Part shown: positions 29,489 to 38,437 of the stretch, in pieces
How the letters are laid out: each line of letters opens with the position of its first letter
How positions within the stretch are numbered: the stretch's first letter is position 1
DNA from: an uncultured Spirochaetota bacterium
GTDB lineage: Bacteria; Spirochaetota; Spirochaetia; SZUA-6; Fen-1364
Length of the DNA: 64,000 nt
Assembly (NCBI GenBank): GCA_963845535.1
Contig: CAWJSK010000012.1
Coordinates: 384,001-448,000, forward strand
Direction of reading: 5' to 3'
Program-made: the position numbers and the translations under genes
Notes under the pieces: model-generated
What the model saw: the letters and a program-made list of their open reading frames with translations, nothing else
Databases searched by the model: none
What the model was told of the DNA's origin: nothing

Positions 29489-30817
29489 ATGCGTGCCCTG
29501 ACCCTCGTCAGCCTTGTCATCGCCCTCGCCAGCGCTTCGTTCGCGTACGCGGATACCCCCGTGGTGGATGCCCTTGCGGCGCGCGGCCGGCTGGGGATTC
29601 CCCTGGATCGCGCCAGGGCTCTCGAGTCCGAGCTGGGCCAGCTTTTCATCGTCAACGTTGACGGGTTTGGCTACGCGGCAACGCCCCTGGCCCTCGAGCC
29701 GGATTTCGCCCCCATGGTTGAGCAACTCCAGATTGGCGGCGTCATCCCCCATTACGGAACCAGTGACTACCAGAGGATCCGCCGGACCAACCGCGCGCTT
29801 TCCGGGATGACCCGTCTCCCGCTCCTCATCTGCTCTGATATCGTGCGGCTCACGGCGCGGGCGGGAAAGCGTTCGGTGAGCGCGGCATTCGGGGATGGAT
29901 ACGTGGGAGGTTTCATAGGCAAGTACAAGGCGCTCGCGGACGCCCAGTTCGAGACCCTTGCGGGGCTGAACGCGTTCGTCTTTGCCGCGTTGGGCATGAA
30001 CGTGGCCCTGGGGCCAACCGTGGATGACAGCACCCGAGAGCCGTCCACGGAGGCGCGCGCTCGGGTGGTGGTCGACGAGCTTCGGAGGTTTGGCATCCTG
30101 CCCGTCTTGAAGCACTTCCCTTTCCTTCCAACGGGCGCAAACCTCCACCGTTCCTCGCCGGATACGCACGTTCCCCTGGATATCGCGGAGAAGCGCTTCT
30201 CCGTGTTTCGAGACCTTGACGGCGTCTCACCCATCCTGATGACCACTCATCTCGATGACTCGCTGGTGGACAACCGGATCGTCACCTTCAGCTCCGCCTG
30301 GCTGGGGATCCTGCGGCACGACACCGGCTACACCGGGCTTCTCATGTCTGACGGGCTCCTGATGCTTCGAAACTACGCGGACAAGCGCGTCCTCGGCGGC
30401 GTTCCGGCGCGAAGCCGGGAGGCCGCGGAGCTGGCGGCGCTGGACCCCGCTGCCGCATGGGCCATCCGCGCCATCCTTGCGGGGCACGACTTCGTTATCG
30501 TGGAAGGCTCCGCGGCGCAGACAAGAAGGGCATTCGACGGCGTCCTGAGCGCTGCGTGCCGAGGCTCGTCCCTGGGAAATGACCTTGCGCGCCGCATCGA
30601 GGAGTCGTTCCTCAGGATCAGGCAATTCAAGGCGGACAACGAAGCGCTGCTGTCACGGCGCGTCGACGTGTCCCCTTCGGCCATTGGTGAGGTCATCGCC
30701 ATGACCCCGGGGGAAGGAACGGACCTTCACTCGTTCCGGTTCAATGCCGACGCTCTGGAGGCTGTGGCGCCTGAGCTCGACCAGGCGGCAGTTGATACCG
30801 GGGAGCCGACTCCATGA
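29489..30817 (+). CDS. Glycoside hydrolase family 3 N-terminal domain protein, secreted
   Basis: Signal peptide; LGQLF, GGVI, GMNVALGPTVD, LKHFP, LLMSDGL, AILAGHD. Confidence 0.75.
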   Translation: MRALTLVSLVIALASASFAYADTPVVDALAARGRLGIPLDRARALESELGQLFIVNVDGFGYAATPLALEPDFAPMVEQLQIGGVIPHYGTSDYQRIRRTNRALSGMTRLPLLICSDIVRLTARAGKRSVSAAFGDGYVGGFIGKYKALADAQFETLAGLNAFVFAALGMNVALGPTVDDSTREPSTEARARVVVDELRRFGILPVLKHFPFLPTGANLHRSSPDTHVPLDIAEKRFSVFRDLDGVSPILMTTHLDDSLVDNRIVTFSSAWLGILRHDTGYTGLLMSDGLLMLRNYADKRVLGGVPARSREAAELAALDPAAAWAIRAILAGHDFVIVEGSAAQTRRAFDGVLSAACRGSSLGNDLARRIEESFLRIRQFKADNEALLSRRVDVSPSAIGEVIAMTPGEGTDLHSFRFNADALEAVAPELDQAAVDTGEPTP

Positions 30818-31526
30818 GCTTTGCGGGTCTCTGGTTGATCTTCTCACTCTCCTTCATCATGTCCTTGAGCGGCGCTCTCATGCCCGGCCCCATGCTCACC
30901 TACACGATTGCCGGCACGGTGAAAGCCGGCCCCGGGGTTGGTTGCTCGGCCCGCGCGTCGTGATAGGGCACGCGGCACTCGAAGCGCTCCTGCTGTTCGG
31001 CCTCGTGACGGGAGTGGTCGAGTTCCTTCACGCGCCTCGCGCGACGAAGATCATCGGGGTGATCGGAGCGGTGCTCCTGGCATGGATGGGGATCGGCCTG
31101 ATCCGGGAAGCGGTCCGAGGCCGCGCGCTGAATCTCCAGGTTGGCGCCCAACCCGCCGGCCCCGCAGCGCGCGCGATCAGCTCGACCGCTGGCGGAACGC
31201 GCCCGGCCGTCCCCGGGATCCGCCCGGCCCTCGCGGGGATGCTCGTATCCTTATCGAACCCGTACTTCTGGGTCTGGTGGATCACCATCGGCTCCGCGTT
31301 TCTCCTGCGCTTCGATGTGACCTTGCAGCGTTGGCAAGCGCTCCTGGCCTTCTATCTCGGCCATGAGCTCGGGGATTTCGGCTGGTACACCGCCGTTTCC
31401 ACCATCCTGCACTTTGGCCGCCGCAGCATTCCGCCCGGTGTTACAACCGTCATCCTGGGGGTTTGCGGAGTCGTTATCATCGGTTTCGGCGCATACCTCG
31501 GCCTATCCCCTTTTTTGTCGCGTTGA
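30814..31526 (+). CDS. LysE-family transporter, frameshifted in a C/G run near 30931
   Basis: ATG 30814 gives SGALMPGPM. A second frame gives IGHAALE, SNPYFWVWW, GHELGD. Confidence 0.8.
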
Positions 31527-31593
31527 CACGAAGCCGGATACCTGATATATCAGTTAATCAAGCCCAAACATTCGAACTGTCCGCAAAGGGAAA

Positions 31594-32907
31594 GTGAGGA
31601 ATCGCATGGCCGCTCAAGCGCGAACTGCGAATCGCTGGCTGATCGCCGCAATGGGAACCGTGCTCATGGTCTGCCTGGGAACCGTCTACGCGTGGAGTTT
31701 CTTTCAGGACCTCCTTGTGCGCCAGTACAAAGGTGACTTCGGCTGGTCCAACAGCGAAGTGGCGTGGATCTTCTCCTTTGCAATCCTGTTCCTCGGGGTG
31801 ACGGCCGCGTGGGGCGGCACCAGGCTCGCGAAGATCGGGCCGCGGAGAATGGCGATGTCGGGAGCCGTCCTCTTCGCACTCGGCTACGCCGTGGGCGCCC
31901 TCGCGCTGAGCATCAAGAGCCTGCTTCTCCTGTACGTGGGCTACGGAGTCGTGGGCGGGATCGGACTGGGCCTCGGCTACGTCACGCCCGTGGCCACCGT
32001 GGCGAAATGGTTCCCTGACAAGAAGGGGCTTGCCACGGGCATGGTTATCATGGGGTTCGGCCTTGGCGCACTTTTCATGAGCAAGATCCTCGCCCCGCTT
32101 TTCATCGGGATGACGGGAGGAACAAGCCTTGCCCCTGTCTTTCTCCTGCTTGCCGCCGTATTCCTTGTCCTTTCGGTCGGGTCAGCGTGGTTCATGAAGA
32201 ATCCGCCGCCGCTGTGGCTTCCCCGAGGATACGCCCCAGAGGGCGCGAAGGCGGCTGGCGCAGGACTGGACGCTTCCGCCTCCAAAGCCATTTTCTCCCG
32301 GAGGTTCGTCCTCATGTGGGTCGTGTTCTTCTGCAATATCACCGCGGGCATTTCCATAATCAGCTTCCAGTCCCCGCTGCTGCAGAGCCTGCTGAAAAAC
32401 ACCGACCCATCGCTTTCCGCCGCGGCGCTCGCGGGCTTCGGCGCCACCTTGATTGCCGCAAGCTCCCTGTTCAACGGCGCCGGCAGGTTCTTCTGGGGCG
32501 CGGTCTCCGACAGGATCGGCAGGGCTCAGACTTTCCGGATCATGCTCGGCTCAGGTGTGGTCGTGTTCGCGCTCCTTGCCTTCATTGCCAGGCCCTGGCT
32601 CTTTGCCGTGCTTGCCTGCTGGGTGCTCCTGTGCTACGGGGGCGGCTTTGGCGCCATGCCGGCTTTTATTGGCGATGTGTTCGGCACGCAGTTGATGCCA
32701 GCCGTCTACGGAGCAGTCTTGACAGCGTGGTCAGCCGGGGGGATTGTGGGTCCTCAGATAGTTGCCATTTTGAAAGACAGGGTGCCCGAGCGGGCATCGA
32801 CCTTGTCTTTCATTGTCAGCGGCGGTTTTGTCCTTGTTGGGTTCATTCTTGCGCTCCTTCTTTCGAACGGGCAGTTCCAGAAGGTCCGCTTCAGGAGATC
32901 GACATGA
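31594..32907 (+). CDS. OFA-family MFS transporter (oxalate/formate antiporter-like)
   Basis: GTVYAWS, GLGYVTP...KWFPDKKGLATG, NGAGR...SDRIGR, YGGGF. Confidence 0.9.
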   Translation: MRNRMAAQARTANRWLIAAMGTVLMVCLGTVYAWSFFQDLLVRQYKGDFGWSNSEVAWIFSFAILFLGVTAAWGGTRLAKIGPRRMAMSGAVLFALGYAVGALALSIKSLLLLYVGYGVVGGIGLGLGYVTPVATVAKWFPDKKGLATGMVIMGFGLGALFMSKILAPLFIGMTGGTSLAPVFLLLAAVFLVLSVGSAWFMKNPPPLWLPRGYAPEGAKAAGAGLDASASKAIFSRRFVLMWVVFFCNITAGISIISFQSPLLQSLLKNTDPSLSAAALAGFGATLIAASSLFNGAGRFFWGAVSDRIGRAQTFRIMLGSGVVVFALLAFIARPWLFAVLACWVLLCYGGGFGAMPAFIGDVFGTQLMPAVYGAVLTAWSAGGIVGPQIVAILKDRVPERASTLSFIVSGGFVLVGFILALLLSNGQFQKVRFRRST

Positions 32908-34034
32908 AATACAGGAGCTTTGGCCAAACGGGCTGGAACGCTTCCGCGCTTGCCTTCGGCTGCATGAGACTTCCGTGCAACGGAGGGCCGGAGAAGGTGG
33001 ATGAGCCGCTTACCGTCCGCATGATCCGCACGGCAATAGACGCCGGGGTCAACTACGTGGACACCGCGTATCCGTATCACGGAGGCAAAAGCGAGGTAGC
33101 CCTGGGCAAGGCGCTGGCGGACGGGTACCGCCAGAAGGTGAAGCTCGCCGACAAGATGCCGATGTGGCTCCTGAAGCAGCCGGCTGATCTGGACAGGATC
33201 TTCAACGAACAGCTTTCGAGGCTCCAGACAGACCACGTTGACCTGTACCTGTTCCATTCCCTGGGCCGCCAGACGTGGAAGAAAGGCCGCGAGCTCGGAG
33301 CCCTGGAATGGGCAGAGCGCAAGATTGCGGAAGGACGGATCCAGTGGATCGGGTTCTCGTTCCATGACGATCTGGCGGCATTCAAGGAGATCGTGGACGG
33401 GTGGGACACGTGGAAGTTCTGCATGATCTTCTATAATTACGCCAGTGAGACCGTACAGGCGGGAACCGAGGGGCTTCAGTATGCTGCCGCCAAAGGGCTT
33501 GCCGTCTCCGTGATGGAGCCGATCATGGGAGGCAACCTCGTGAACCCGCCGCCCGCGGTGAAAGCCCTGTGGGGCAAGGCGCCGAACGCGCGAACACCGG
33601 CGGACTGGGCGCTCCAGTGGGTCTGGAACAAACCGGAGGTGGGCACAGTCCTGAGCGGCATGAGCAGCATGGCGCAGGTGCAGGAGAACCTGGCAAGCGC
33701 AGAGCGCTCATCGGTGGGCTCTCTTTCCTCGCAGGAGGTCAGCCTCGTGCGCGAGGTTGCCGCCATGTATGAGAAGCTGCGCCCCATCCCCTGCACGCAG
33801 TGCGGCTACTGCATGCCGTGCCCCAACGGCGTGAACATCCCTCGCGTGCTCGACGTCTACAACAAATCCGTGGCGTTCTCAAACCCCGGGGAAGCAAAGC
33901 GCGAGTTTGGTTTTCTCAAGCCCACCGAACGGGCCGGGTCCTGCACGGAATGCCAGGAATGCGAAGGCAAGTGCCCGCAGGAGGTGCCCGTGCACGAGTG
34001 GATGAAGCGCATCTCCGCGGAGCTCGGGGGATAA
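32904..34034 (+). CDS. Aldo/keto reductase with C-terminal 4Fe-4S dicluster
   Basis: FGCMRLP, YVDTAYPYH, GFSFHD, CxxCxxCxxCP and CxxCxxCxxxCP. Confidence 0.92.
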   Translation: MKYRSFGQTGWNASALAFGCMRLPCNGGPEKVDEPLTVRMIRTAIDAGVNYVDTAYPYHGGKSEVALGKALADGYRQKVKLADKMPMWLLKQPADLDRIFNEQLSRLQTDHVDLYLFHSLGRQTWKKGRELGALEWAERKIAEGRIQWIGFSFHDDLAAFKEIVDGWDTWKFCMIFYNYASETVQAGTEGLQYAAAKGLAVSVMEPIMGGNLVNPPPAVKALWGKAPNARTPADWALQWVWNKPEVGTVLSGMSSMAQVQENLASAERSSVGSLSSQEVSLVREVAAMYEKLRPIPCTQCGYCMPCPNGVNIPRVLDVYNKSVAFSNPGEAKREFGFLKPTERAGSCTECQECEGKCPQEVPVHEWMKRISAELGG

Positions 34035-34084
34035 AGCAAGGGCCGAACGCGGCGCCCCGTGCAGAGGGGGTGATCCCGTGAACC

Positions 34085-34232
34085 GAATTGACCGCAGAAC
34101 GGTTCAGAGCTCCTCAAACTGAGGAAAGAATCAAAGTATTAGGAAATGACGCACCTGGAGAAACGGAAGAAGGATAATTGCGCATTCGGGAAAATGCTCA
34201 AAAACTACATGAAGGACAAGCAGAAGCAGTAA
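34085..34232 (+). pseudogene. Relic resembling the C-terminus of RsgA-type GTPases
   Basis: LKLRKESKY*EMTHLEKRKKDNCAFGKMLKNYMKDKQKQ*, with an in-frame TAG and no N-terminal part. Confidence 0.45.
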
Positions 34233-34261
34233 GCGCCGGCCGCCGATTGCTTCTTTTTTGA

Positions 34262-34303
34262 TAGCTTGCTACTATTACAGTATCAAGCTACTTTATGAGT
34301 AGC
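34262..34303. promoter_or_regulatory. Tandem palindromic operator boxes upstream of the tautomerase-HxlR genes
   Basis: GCTACT-N5-AGTATC (34268-34284) and GCTACT-N5-AGTAGC (34287-34303). Confidence 0.65.
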
Positions 34304-34329
34304 AAATCAACGACCCCGGAGGCACAATC

Positions 34330-34527
34330 ATGCCAGTCATCCAGGTAACCATGACGAAGAGCAGCGTAGAGACGAAGAGGGCGCTCATCGAACGGCTGAC
34401 CGCCGACGCAATCGAGATCACCAAAATCCCGGCGTCGGAGTTCACCGTGCTCATCCACGAGCTCGAGCGTGAGAGCATTGGGCGCAGCGGCAGGACCTGC
34501 GCGGACATCATGGCCGAGATGAAGTAG
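34330..34527 (+). CDS. 4-oxalocrotonate tautomerase-family protein
   Basis: Pro1 after Met (MPVI), KRALI..LT, V.I.E...IG..G; 65 aa. Confidence 0.9.
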   Translation: MPVIQVTMTKSSVETKRALIERLTADAIEITKIPASEFTVLIHELERESIGRSGRTCADIMAEMK

Positions 34528-34534
34528 CCGCCCC

Positions 34535-34870
34535 ATGGCCATTCCGAAGCCTGGAAAGCCCGTACGAGGATCCACGACAGGCGCGCCGATCATGGCGCTT
34601 TTCGACCTCCTCGGAAGGCGCTGGGCCATGGGCATCGTCTGGAACCTCGCTGCAGGGCCCTCGACCTTCAGGGCCCTGCAGACCCCCCGCAGTCGCAAGA
34701 GCCAGACCATTTCGCCTTCGATCCTTAACACGCGCCTCAAGGACCTGCAGGAAGCCAAGCTCGTAGAGAGGACCCTTGAGGGCTATGCGTTGACCAAACT
34801 AGGTCAGGAGTTGTTTGCCCTCATCGAGCCCCTGGATGCCTATTCCCAGAAATGGGGGAAGGCCTTCTAG
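34535..34870 (+). CDS. HxlR-family winged-helix regulator
   Basis: DLLGRRW, ISP.ILN.RLK.L, Y.LT.LG. Confidence 0.9.
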   Translation: MAIPKPGKPVRGSTTGAPIMALFDLLGRRWAMGIVWNLAAGPSTFRALQTPRSRKSQTISPSILNTRLKDLQEAKLVERTLEGYALTKLGQELFALIEPLDAYSQKWGKAF

Positions 34871-34947
34871 TTTCGCGCTGGTACTTTCAAGATTTGCGCC
34901 CTGATGCTATTCTACAAAAGTCCGCAAAATGCAGAACGGGGGGAAGT

Positions 34948-35820
34948 ATGAAAGTCGTGATCGCATGTCTGGCTGTGGTTCTCCTATCCTCGGTTGCCTC
35001 TCTCTATGGGCAAACCTCCAGAGAGATGTACGGAATCACCTACAGGACTGTTAATGGCCGGGAACTTCAGATGGACATTCAAAGGCCACAGCCGGAGGGA
35101 GTTCCCAAGCCGGCGGTTGTATTCCTGTGTGGCAACGGCTGGGGATATGAGAAGGCGTACAACCGTGAGCAGTTCTGGTACGCTTTGGATCTGGCTGCCG
35201 CAAAGGGATACGTTGCGGTTACCGTGGACTACAGCTCAACACGTGAGAACTCCAACGCAAGAGCCATGGGATCTTTCCCCGCGCAAGTCTACGACGTAAA
35301 GGGCGCAATCCGATTTCTCAGAGCGAATGCCGGAAGATACGATATTGATGCGGCGCATATCGCGGTCGTTGGCTTCTCATCCGGCGGGAACTTGGCGTTG
35401 CTGCTTGGACTTACGCAACCGACGGACGGATTGGAAGGTGACGACGAAAACTCAGGGTATTCCAGCGCCGTGCAGGCAGTGGTCAACTTCTCAGGGGCAA
35501 CGGATCTCGCAAAATGGAACAAAGAGCCCTATGTCAGCGCATACTTGGGGGGCTCTCTCCAGGAAAAACCCGAGCAGTACAAGAGGGCCAGTCCGACGAC
35601 ATATGTCAGGCCAGGAGCGCCCCCGATTCTGACCATTCATGGGGAAAACGACACGGCGGTGCTGCCGGATCAGGCGGAATTGCTTGACGCCAGAATGAAA
35701 GAAGTGGGAGCGTCACACACTCTGATAATCAAACCAGGCCTGCGTCATGACTTCGAGTTCGACCAGACGGTCTGGGATTTCTTGGAGAAAGCTCTTCAAC
35801 TCAAACTATCATGGCAATGA
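34948..35820 (+). CDS. Secreted alpha/beta hydrolase (esterase)
   Basis: Signal peptide, GFSSGG nucleophile elbow, IHGENDT, C-terminal His. Confidence 0.85.
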   Translation: MKVVIACLAVVLLSSVASLYGQTSREMYGITYRTVNGRELQMDIQRPQPEGVPKPAVVFLCGNGWGYEKAYNREQFWYALDLAAAKGYVAVTVDYSSTRENSNARAMGSFPAQVYDVKGAIRFLRANAGRYDIDAAHIAVVGFSSGGNLALLLGLTQPTDGLEGDDENSGYSSAVQAVVNFSGATDLAKWNKEPYVSAYLGGSLQEKPEQYKRASPTTYVRPGAPPILTIHGENDTAVLPDQAELLDARMKEVGASHTLIIKPGLRHDFEFDQTVWDFLEKALQLKLSWQ

Positions 35821-35871
35821 AAGTCATAGGGATGAGTTTCTTCATGGGAACGTGCTGCAACATGGCCTGCC

Positions 35872-36640
35872 CTACGGAAGGCTCCAGCGATATGTCTTGC
35901 CGTATTTCCTTCCAAGGGCGAGCTCAAGCGTCGTCCTGGTCAGATCGTAGGACGAGGACCAAACCGTGCTCGGCACTGACACCGCCTCGAGGAGTCCGAA
36001 TACGCCTTTCGCATCCAACCTGCCGTCTGTCTTCGAAAGTCGTTTCTCAGCCACCGCGTAGCGCCAACACGAACCCGGCCGTTCGACCTCGGGTATCTTG
36101 GAGAAAAGGAGGTTCGCCGAAACCTGCCAGGGTCGTTTTGCACGGAAAACCCGCAATTTCCCTCTGTAATATTCTGCGGTTGCCGAAGCCCCGCTGCGGT
36201 CCACGACGAAGTAATGGAGCGGCATTTTCCCGAACCCGACAAGATATTTGCCCATGAGTGCAAGGGCCTCATCGAGCGTGGCCGCTTTATCCAGGAGAAC
36301 CCGTATGATGCCGAACGAAGTGACTGAGCGCATCCCCGGTTCGCACGCGCTCTGCGCCTCATCCACGGACATCATGCCGACAGCGAGCCCGCGTTCGTTC
36401 ATGCCGTCGAAAGGCCAGCGCGGCATGTCGACCATCTTCAGTGGATAACCCATGTCTACCACGGAAATCGAGGCATAACCTCCTGCGGGCTTCGTGATGA
36501 CAACCAGGACCGGATTGGAAATCCAATCGAAGTTGCGTCCCATGACGCGGTTTCCCGAGGCGTCGATAGCCGAAAACAAGGTGCACGCGAATGCCCTCTC
36601 TGCTGAAGCGTGTTTCTCGCATCGGGCGAACTCTTCCCTT
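35872..36640 (-). CDS. Ntn-fold linear amide C-N hydrolase (C45/choloylglycine hydrolase-like), possibly 5'-truncated
   Basis: [34 protein letters not shown]. No clear start. Confidence 0.7.
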
Positions 36641-36874
36641 GGCCTTGCCCTTGCCGCTACCGGGGCCGTATTCCCGTTCCTCTCTCCCCTCCTGGGCTGG
36701 CTTGGCGTCCTGCTTTCCGGCTCCGACACGTCCTCCAACGCCCTTTTCGGCCCCTCCAACGGACCACGGCGGAAATAGCGCAGGAAAGCCGCACTTCGCC
36801 TTGACTTTCCACGGCCCGGGAATTATCGTCTTTGGAACCCGTCGCTACTGAAAATGAAATAAGGAGCGCTCTCC

Positions 36875-38437
36875 ATGACCACACTCGGTGTGCTTGTCGG
36901 CAACCGGGGATTCTTTCCGGCCGAGCTTTGCGAGCAAGGGAGAAAGACCATCCTCGCCGTCCTCAAGGAGGAGGGGCTGGAAGCCGTGGCTCTCGGCCCG
37001 AAGGACACGAAGTTCGGGTCCGTGGAATCCCTTTCGGACGCGCGAAAATGCGCGGAGCTCTTCAAGGCCAACAGGGAAAAGATCGACGGAATCCTCGTCA
37101 CGCTGCCGAACTTCGGGGATGAACGCGGGGTCGCGGACACCATCAAGCTCGCGGGGCTGGACGTGCCGGTCCTCGTGCACGCGTTCCCGGATGAACCGGG
37201 GCGGATGGCCATCGAGCACCGCCGTGACAGCTTCTGCGGCAAGATGTCCGCCTGCAACAGCCTCACCCAGTACGGGATCCGCTTCTCCCTCACCTCGGAG
37301 CACACCATGGACCCGGAGTCGGCGCCCTTCCGCCGGGACCTGGCCGAGTTCGCGGGGGTCTGCCGGGTGGTCAAGGGGATGCGCAAGGCGAGGTTCGGCC
37401 AGATCGGGGCCCGTCCCGCCGCGTTCGCCACCGTGCGTTACAGTGAGAAGCTCCTGGAGCGAGCCGGCATCTCCGTGGAGAGCATCGACCTTTCCGAAGT
37501 CTTCGGCCGCGCATGGGGCTTGAATGACAAAGAGTCAGCGGTGGTCTCCAAGCTGGATGAGATACGCGGATACGTGAAGACCACGCGCATCCCCCGTGAA
37601 TCACTCGTGCGTATGGCCAAGTTTGCCGTGGTGCTGGACCAGTACATCAAGGAACGGGAGCTTTCGGGAACCGCCATCCAGTGCTGGACATCCATGGAGG
37701 AGAACTTCGGCGTCGTGCCGTGCACCGTCATGAGCATGCTGAGCAGCGGCCTTTCCCCGTCGGCCTGTGAGACGGACATGACCGGGCTCCTGGGCATGCA
37801 TGCAATGATCCATGCCTCCGGGCGGCCCAGCGGGATAGCGGACTGGAACAACAACTATTCGGATGATCCGGACAAGTGCGTCCTGTTCCACTGCAGCAAC
37901 TTTCCCCAGGAGTTCTTTGCCAACAAGGGGCTCATGGACTACCAGGAAATCATAGCCGGCACGGTGGGCAGGGAGAAAACTTACGGCACCATGGTGGGGC
38001 GGCTTGCCCCCACGGAGTTCACCTACTGCCGGGTTTCCACGGATGATTACGCTGGAAGGATTCGCGCTTACGTTGGGGAAGGAGAAATCACCACTGACCC
38101 CATCAACACCTTCGGCGGCTATGCCGTAGCGCATATCCCCAGGCTGCAAGTCCTCCTGCGGCGTATTTGTTCCCAGGGTTTCGAGCACCATGTCGCCATC
38201 AATCCGTCGCGCATCGGCGCGGTTGTCGATGAGGCGTTCACCCGTTACCTGGGATGGGACGTCTACAACCATGATCGCGAAGGCGCGGCGGCGGACCGCA
38301 AGCAGCCGTCCCCGCAACGCGGGCCCGTGGAACGCGTTCGCGCGAAGGAAGAACGGCGGGAGGAGCGCCCCGTCGGCCGTGCCAGGCCGCGAACGGGAAA
38401 AAAAACTGACAGCGCAACCAGAGGAGGGAAATCATGA
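36875..38437 (+). CDS. L-fucose/L-arabinose isomerase-family protein
   Basis: LPNFGDE, RRDSFCGK, QCW, ACETD, FHC, GFEHH; first gene of the araBD operon. Confidence 0.85.
   Translation: MTTLGVLVGNRGFFPAELCEQGRKTILAVLKEEGLEAVALGPKDTKFGSVESLSDARKCAELFKANREKIDGILVTLPNFGDERGVADTIKLAGLDVPVLVHAFPDEPGRMAIEHRRDSFCGKMSACNSLTQYGIRFSLTSEHTMDPESAPFRRDLAEFAGVCRVVKGMRKARFGQIGARPAAFATVRYSEKLLERAGISVESIDLSEVFGRAWGLNDKESAVVSKLDEIRGYVKTTRIPRESLVRMAKFAVVLDQYIKERELSGTAIQCWTSMEENFGVVPCTVMSMLSSGLSPSACETDMTGLLGMHAMIHASGRPSGIADWNNNYSDDPDKCVLFHCSNFPQEFFANKGLMDYQEIIAGTVGREKTYGTMVGRLAPTEFTYCRVSTDDYAGRIRAYVGEGEITTDPINTFGGYAVAHIPRLQVLLRRICSQGFEHHVAINPSRIGAVVDEAFTRYLGWDVYNHDREGAAADRKQPSPQRGPVERVRAKEERREERPVGRARPRTGKKTDSATRGGKS

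Noticed and set aside
32187..32903. N-terminal extension of the aldo/keto reductase ORF (likewise 15468-15986, 58824-59000, 60792-61040)
   Set aside because: Overlaps a real upstream gene in another frame; more plausible starts lie downstream.
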